A model generated the notes under the pieces. It saw only the letters and a list, made by a program, of their open reading frames with translations, was not told the DNA's origin and did no database searches. From Myxococcales bacterium (GTDB lineage Bacteria; Myxococcota; Myxococcia; Myxococcales; 40CM-4-68-19), in assembly GCA_038231075.1 (NCBI GenBank), contig JBBRMA010000057.1:1-34338 (forward strand): 34,338 nucleotides of DNA, written 5' to 3'. Position 1 is the stretch's first letter, and each line of letters begins with the position of its first letter. Positions 29,207-34,338 of this stretch are shown here, in pieces. Both the position numbers and the translations under genes were made by a program.

Positions 29207-32200
29207 ATGAACAGCCTCCAGTGTACCCTGCTCGCGCTGGCACTTCTGTCTTCCAGCGGCGCGGAAGCGCTGGTGCTGCCGCACGGCGCCGCCCCCCTCC
29301 GGAACCAGCCGGCGGTCATCACTTCTTCCGCGGGCACCCCGGCATCCTGCAGCGACGGCAACGGCAACGCCGTCGCCTGCAGCGACATCCTCTACTACCG
29401 CCACCGCGTGCTCTCCAATCCGCTGGTGTGGGCCATCTTCTGGACCGGCGAGGTCAACCAGGTCACCCAGCAGCAGATCGGCAGCTTCTACCAGGCGGTG
29501 ACCAACAGCGAGATCTTCGACTGGATCATCGAGTACGACACCGAGTTCGACGGCAGCAAGGGTTCGAACCAGCGCATCGGCCGCGGAGTCTATGGCGGCG
29601 CCTATACCATCTCGCCGGGCAATACGAGCACCTCGATCACCGACGGCGATATCCAGCAGGAGTTGGAGGCGCAGTTCAACGCGGGCAATATCCCGCAGCC
29701 CGACAACAACTCCATCTTCATGGTTTACTTCCCCGCCGGATATTCGCTCTCGCAATCCAACGGCGACGGCTCGTGCACCAAGTTCTGCGCCTATCACGGC
29801 GCGTTCCTGCACAACGGGCAGGACGTCTTCTACGGCGTCTTCCCCGACCTCGCTTCCGGCGGCTGCCAGAACGGCTGCGGCAGCCAGTCAACCACCTTCA
29901 AGAACCTCTGCTCGGCGTCGACCCACGAATTGCTCGAGGCCACCACCGACGCCGAGACCGGCATCTTCGACCTCCTCCACTTCACCAACTCGCTCGCCTG
30001 GTACGCCAAGCCGTACGGCGCCGAGATCGGTGACATGTGCAATCAATATGCGGACACCATCACGTCGGTCGTCGACGGGCAGACCTATACCGTGCAGCAG
30101 ATGTATTCGCAGGCCACCAAGCTCTGCCAGACTTCGTATCACTTCGCGACCGACTATCAACTCTATGCCAACCCCGCGGTGGTCGTGGCAGGCCCTGGGC
30201 AGACGGTGGCCGTGCCGATCGTCTCGGTGGTGACGGGCGGCAGCCCGCCGGCGCACACGCTCTCGCTCGCCGGCTCGCTCACGGGAGTGACTGCGGCTTT
30301 CGACAAGACCACGCTCGCCGCCTCCGACCAGACCTATCTGCGCTTCTCGGTGGACAACACGGCAGTCACCAACTCGGTGGTGGAGTACGTGATCACGGCG
30401 CAGCAGACGACGCCTGCGCTCTACACCGCGCGCACGGCCGCCGTCCTGGTCCGCATCGAGCCGCCGCCGACCGGCTTGACGCTGACCGGCGCCACCGACG
30501 GCGGCAAGGTCCGCGGCGTGGTCCCGCTGCACGCCGCCGCGACGCCGGCCAGCAACACCGCGCTCGACTATGTCGCGCTCTATATCGATTCCAAGCTGGC
30601 GACCTATGCGACGCCCGCCGTGGACTTTGCGTGGAATGTGTCGGGATTGCCCAACGGCTCGGTGCACACCGTCGAGGCTTATGCGCAGGACTCGGACGGC
30701 GGGAATGCGGCCGTCTCGATCTCGGTGACCGTCGCGAACCCGCCGGCGGTAGCCATCACCTCGCCGACGGGCACTGTCGCGGGATCGGTGGCAATCACGG
30801 CGAGCGCGACGGCGCCGGCGGGGACCAGCATCGCCTCGGTCGAATTCAAGGTGGACGGCGCGCACCTCGCGACGGTGAGCGGCGCAGGACCTTATTCGGT
30901 GATCTGGGACTCGACCACCGCGACCATCGGCGCGCACACGCTCACGGCCGTGGCCACCGACGCCGACGGCACCTCCGCCACCTCGGCGGGCCAGGCGGTG
31001 ACGGTGGCGAGCCCCCTCGCCTGCGCCATCGTGAGCCCCGCCGCCAACGCGGTGGTCGCGGGCACGAAGGTGCCGGTCACGGTGACGGCGACGCCGCTCG
31101 CCGGGCAGACGCTCTCGCAGATCGCGCTTCGGATCGACGGCGGAAACCCGGGCGGCGGCGCCATCTCGGCTACCTCGCCGCTCCACTACTCGTGGGACAC
31201 GACCGCCTCGCCCAATGGCAGCCATTCCCTGGTGGCCACCGCCACGCTGGTCGGCGGCTTGACCTGCACCGCGAGCGAGACGGTCTTCGTCAGAAACGGC
31301 CCCTCGGTGTCGTTGACCGCGCCGGCGGCCGGCACCACCGTCTCCGGCTCGGTCACGCTCAGCGCCACCGCCACGGCGCCGGGCGGGACCACGCTCGCGA
31401 ACGTCGAGTTCTTCGACGGCGGCAGGTCGCTCGGCAAGGTCTCGGCGGCGCCGTACACGCTCGCGTGGAGCACGGCCGCGGCCGCCGACGGCGCGCACTC
31501 GCTCACCGCGGTGGCCACCGACGCCGACGGAAGCGCCACCACCTCGGCCGCCGTCGCGGTCATCGTCGTCAACCCCCCCAGCATCTCGATCGTCTCGCCA
31601 TCTGGAACAATCACCGGCCAAGTGACCATCTCGGCGCGCGCTTCGCCGCCGGCCGGAGGCGGGACGACCATCGCTTCGGTCGAGTTCAAGGTGGACGGCG
31701 CGCACCTCGCCACGGTGATCGGCGCGGGTCCTTACTCGACCGGCTGGGACTCGACCTCGGTCAAGAACGGCGCGCACGCGCTCAGCGCCGTCGTCACCGA
31801 CGCCGACGGCGCGACGGCCACCTCCGCGCCGGTGAGCGTCACCGTCGCGAACCCCAGCACCTGCTCGATCAGCGCGCCCGCGAGCAACGCGATCCTGACC
31901 GGCGCGAGCGTGGCGGTCACCGTGGTCGCGATGCCCGCTGCGGCCACCACGCTGACCGGGCTCGCGCTGACCATCGACGGCGCGAGCCCCGGCGCCGGCG
32001 CCACCTCCACCACCTCGCCGCTCGATTACACGTGGAATACGGCGGCAAGCGCGAATGGCCCGCACACGCTCCGCGCGACTGGAACCTTCAGCGACGGCAG
32101 CACCTGCGCCGCGACGGCGGTGACCGTGGCGGTCGGCAACCCGCCCGCCGTCTCCATCACTTCGCCCGGCGCCAGCGCGACCGTCTCGGGGGCGTCCGCC

Positions 32201-33115
32201 TCGCTCACCGCGACGGCCCTTGCCGCGCCGGGCGCCACCATCGCGTCTGTCGAGCTGCGGGTGGACGGCGCGCGCCTCGCGACGGTGGCCGCACCCGGCC
32301 CCTACACCGCCGCGTGGGACCTGACCGCGGCGGCCGGAGGTGCCCACGCGCTGACCGCCGTCGCCACCGACAGCGGCGGCCTCTCCGCGACGTCGGCCGC
32401 GGTCGCCGTCACCGTCGAGCAGGATGACTTCACCGTCACGCTCTCGTCGGCCAGCACCAGCGCGACAGCGGGAGGAGCGGCTGCGGAGTTGAACGTCAAA
32501 GTGAGCGCCGCGGGCCTCGCTCCCGCTGCGATCACGCTCTCGCTCGGCGCGCTGCCGGCTGGAGTGACGGGCACGTTCAGCGACAACCCGGTCAATCCTG
32601 GCAATGCCGCGACGCTCACCCTCCGCGCCGCGGGCACAGCCGCGCCGGCAGCCGTCGATGTGGCGGTCACCGGCGCGGTCGGGTCGCTGCAGCGCCTCGC
32701 GCACGCCACGCTCAACGTCGTCGCGCCGAGCGACCCGACGGTCGCGATCACCTCACCGGCCGACGGCGCGACGGTCTCCGGCACGATCAGCGTCGGCGCC
32801 ACGGCCACCGTCGCCTCAGGCAGCTCGCTCTCTGGCATCGTCATCTACGCCGACGGCGTCATCATCAGCACCAGCGCCACCTCGCCGGCGACCGCCTCTT
32901 GGGACACCTCCAAGGTCCCGGCCGGCTCGCATACGCTGGTCGCGAAGGCGACCGACAGCGCAGACCACTCCGCCTCCTCGGCGACGGTCACCGTGACCGT
33001 CGCCGGCTCGGGCTCCGGCGGCGGCGCCAAGACGGGCTGTTCGACGTCGACCAGCGGCGGCGCGGGGGCGCTCGCGGGCCTCCTCGCGCTCCTCATGAGG
33101 CGGCGCCGCAACTGA
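29207..33115 (+). CDS. Giant secreted protein (1302 aa). Cys-rich N-terminal domain paralogous to 136..2670, ~10 tandem Ig-like (Big-type) domains, and a C-terminal MYXO-CTERM-like sorting signal
   Basis: Signal peptide MNSLQCTLLALALLSSSGAEA. Repeated ...SVEFKVDGAHLATV..GAGPYS..WDST...HTLTAVATDADG... modules. C-terminus GCSTSTSGGAGALAGLLALLMRRRRN. Confidence 0.85.
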   Translation: MNSLQCTLLALALLSSSGAEALVLPHGAAPLRNQPAVITSSAGTPASCSDGNGNAVACSDILYYRHRVLSNPLVWAIFWTGEVNQVTQQQIGSFYQAVTNSEIFDWIIEYDTEFDGSKGSNQRIGRGVYGGAYTISPGNTSTSITDGDIQQELEAQFNAGNIPQPDNNSIFMVYFPAGYSLSQSNGDGSCTKFCAYHGAFLHNGQDVFYGVFPDLASGGCQNGCGSQSTTFKNLCSASTHELLEATTDAETGIFDLLHFTNSLAWYAKPYGAEIGDMCNQYADTITSVVDGQTYTVQQMYSQATKLCQTSYHFATDYQLYANPAVVVAGPGQTVAVPIVSVVTGGSPPAHTLSLAGSLTGVTAAFDKTTLAASDQTYLRFSVDNTAVTNSVVEYVITAQQTTPALYTARTAAVLVRIEPPPTGLTLTGATDGGKVRGVVPLHAAATPASNTALDYVALYIDSKLATYATPAVDFAWNVSGLPNGSVHTVEAYAQDSDGGNAAVSISVTVANPPAVAITSPTGTVAGSVAITASATAPAGTSIASVEFKVDGAHLATVSGAGPYSVIWDSTTATIGAHTLTAVATDADGTSATSAGQAVTVASPLACAIVSPAANAVVAGTKVPVTVTATPLAGQTLSQIALRIDGGNPGGGAISATSPLHYSWDTTASPNGSHSLVATATLVGGLTCTASETVFVRNGPSVSLTAPAAGTTVSGSVTLSATATAPGGTTLANVEFFDGGRSLGKVSAAPYTLAWSTAAAADGAHSLTAVATDADGSATTSAAVAVIVVNPPSISIVSPSGTITGQVTISARASPPAGGGTTIASVEFKVDGAHLATVIGAGPYSTGWDSTSVKNGAHALSAVVTDADGATATSAPVSVTVANPSTCSISAPASNAILTGASVAVTVVAMPAAATTLTGLALTIDGASPGAGATSTTSPLDYTWNTAASANGPHTLRATGTFSDGSTCAATAVTVAVGNPPAVSITSPGASATVSGASASLTATALAAPGATIASVELRVDGARLATVAAPGPYTAAWDLTAAAGGAHALTAVATDSGGLSATSAAVAVTVEQDDFTVTLSSASTSATAGGAAAELNVKVSAAGLAPAAITLSLGALPAGVTGTFSDNPVNPGNAATLTLRAAGTAAPAAVDVAVTGAVGSLQRLAHATLNVVAPSDPTVAITSPADGATVSGTISVGATATVASGSSLSGIVIYADGVIISTSATSPATASWDTSKVPAGSHTLVAKATDSADHSASSATVTVTVAGSGSGGGAKTGCSTSTSGGAGALAGLLALLMRRRRN
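30700..32400 (+). repeat. Intragenic tandem repeats of ~250-290 bp encoding the Ig-like domains
   Basis: Near-identical DNA segments, e.g. at 30838 and 31675 (atcgc.tcggtcga.ttcaaggtggacggcgcgcacctcgc...). Confidence 0.6.
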
Positions 33116-33164
33116 CGCCAGGGCTGCGGGAAGAACGACCGCCTCGACGATAGTTCACCTCTAT

Positions 33165-33208
33165 AGTCTTCAGTCTTCCTATCGTCAGCGCTCGTGGTGA
33201 GTCTTCCT
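33165..33208. repeat. Three copies of agtcttc(ct) in a lower-GC intergenic pocket between convergent genes
   Basis: Copies at 33165, 33172 and 33200, read directly. Confidence 0.3.
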
Positions 33209-33515
33209 CGCGTTGGCCGAAGATCCTGCAGCAATTGCCGACAGGCCAACCAGCGAAAGGATCGCGCAAGCCGCGCTGGAACCTCGTCATCAACGAACGG
33301 GTCGAGGCGGACGAGACATGATCCCTGCCGCATTCATCACAGAGTGGACGGGGCCCGTGGGCGAGGGCTGGGGCGACCAGGGATATTTCTATCTCCCTTA
33401 TGACTCCTTGAGCGACCCTCAGCATGCGCACGATCTCTGGACCTTGCCGCGCGCGCACAACCCTCGGCTTCGCCGAGTTTCGTCAGGGCGAGCAGCCGCG
33501 CGGCCAGCTCGAGCT

Positions 33516-34338
33516 CTACTGCTGGTGCCGCCTGCGGCTGAGCTCGGCGCCGGTCAAGTCGGGCTCATCGTAGTCAATCGCGAGATCGCGGGCTGGATAG
33601 AGGTCTTGCTGCGACGCTTCCTTGGCCACCGAGGGGTCGAGCATGAACTCCAGCCAATGCTTCCGCCCGGGCATGCCGCCGAGGTCTTCGGGAATGGTGT
33701 CGCCATGAGCGGCGCCGATGGTGCGGTGGCGACCCTCAGCGATGTAGAGCTCGCCGCTCTCGGTGAAGGCCGCCGCCGAGTGCCCCGAATAGTTGCGGCC
33801 AAACACCGCCTCTCCAGTCACGGCCGTACGGGCGTCAAACCGGACGAACTGCACGTCGAATCCTTTGATGCGCTTGGTGACGAGCTCGAAGTCCGGCGCC
33901 AGGTGCGGCCGAGGAGGCCCTCTGTCGATCCCCCTATCGAACGCGTCCAAGAACGCGTCGCTCGAGGACCGAGAGCTGCGGGTCCTCCCCTCGGTAAGCG
34001 AGGCCCCGAACACGCAAGGCGCGCCGCTGCCGGGGCTGCTGCTGCCGTTGTGGACCAGCAGGTGGTCGCGACCGACGTGGAAGGCATGGCTCCCTTCGAC
34101 GATGAGGTTGTAGACGGGCGTGGGCGTGACCAGCCGCCGCTCGACCGACACGACCTCTGCCGCGACCTCTGGATCGGCGGTTGCGATCAGCTCGCCGGGC
34201 TGCAGCGAGCCTGCCTCGGTCCAGCCGCGGCCAACGGCGCGGAAGCGATGCTCGGGGGTGGTCCTGATCAGCTCGCGCGTGGTCCGGAGCAGCAGAAGCA
34301 CGCCGGTCAGGCGCCGCGACTTGCCGACCACGCGGGAG
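33516..34338 (-). CDS. Partial gene (5' end off-window). C-terminal half of a Hint (intein-like) domain followed by a ~190-aa C-terminal domain, an arrangement typical of polymorphic-toxin C-termini
   Basis: VYNLIVEGSHAFHVGRDHLLVHN matches the Hint C-terminal splicing region. The frame is open to the window edge, and the annotated 'M' at 34331 is an internal GTG. Confidence 0.6.
   Translation of the reverse strand, partial: SRVVGKSRRLTGVLLLLRTTRELIRTTPEHRFRAVGRGWTEAGSLQPGELIATADPEVAAEVVSVERRLVTPTPVYNLIVEGSHAFHVGRDHLLVHNGSSSPGSGAPCVFGASLTEGRTRSSRSSSDAFLDAFDRGIDRGPPRPHLAPDFELVTKRIKGFDVQFVRFDARTAVTGEAVFGRNYSGHSAAAFTESGELYIAEGRHRTIGAAHGDTIPEDLGGMPGRKHWLEFMLDPSVAKEASQQDLYPARDLAIDYDEPDLTGAELSRRRHQQ

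Noticed and set aside
33093-33458. 121-aa minus-strand ORF downstream of the Hint-domain gene, considered as an immunity protein
   Set aside because: Third-position composition is AT-rich and mixed, unlike neighbouring genes, and it overlaps the end of the 1302-aa gene. It is kept only as a test candidate in the finding.
33318-34338. Plus-strand frame open from ATG 33318 to the window end, antisense to the Hint gene
   Set aside because: It has no domain signal, it is antisense to a gene with a clear Hint motif, and GC-rich antisense frames are routinely open.

Overview
This is a high-GC (~70%) chromosomal segment, probably myxobacterial: one large secreted protein ends in a MYXO-CTERM-like sorting tail, and the window carries NHL-propeller lipoproteins, an ECF sigma factor and a Ser/Thr kinase with TPR repeats. 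I called about 24 protein-coding genes, no rRNA or tRNA, and no CRISPR array. Many long antisense ORFs in the track are GC-rich reading-frame artefacts. The ORF track's 'M' is sometimes a GTG or TTG codon, so several starts were re-derived from the sequence.

The most interesting region is ~4.3-12.6 kb. Two divergent, translationally coupled operons encode:
- a PqqD-family RiPP-recognition-element protein;
- an HprK-like P-loop kinase;
- a PF14907-type (NTP_transf_5) nucleotidyltransferase;
- four family-2 glycosyltransferases, one of them GtrB/DPM1-like with C-terminal TM helices;
- an MsbA-like ABC exporter.

No lasso cyclase, leader peptidase or annotated precursor peptide is present. This looks like an uncharacterised peptide or glycoconjugate modification and export system of the 'HprK-related kinase + PqqD' type. 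A 31-aa SD-preceded small ORF and a Gly/Tyr/Asn-rich low-GC patch lie just downstream and are candidate substrates.

Other features:
- two paralogous giant secreted proteins sharing a Cys-rich N-terminal domain;
- a lipoprotein with tandem Cys-rich repeats;
- a Ser/Thr kinase with a fused N-terminal zinc-finger anti-sigma (ZAS) motif, convergent with an ECF-like sigma factor;
- a lower-GC (~60%) pair of large secreted proteins, one a HEXXH metalloprotease;
- a small-alarmone-hydrolase HD gene followed by a flotillin gene;
- a truncated Hint-domain polymorphic-toxin C-terminus at the window edge;
- several conspicuous inverted repeats, including a MITE-like element with 27-bp arms.
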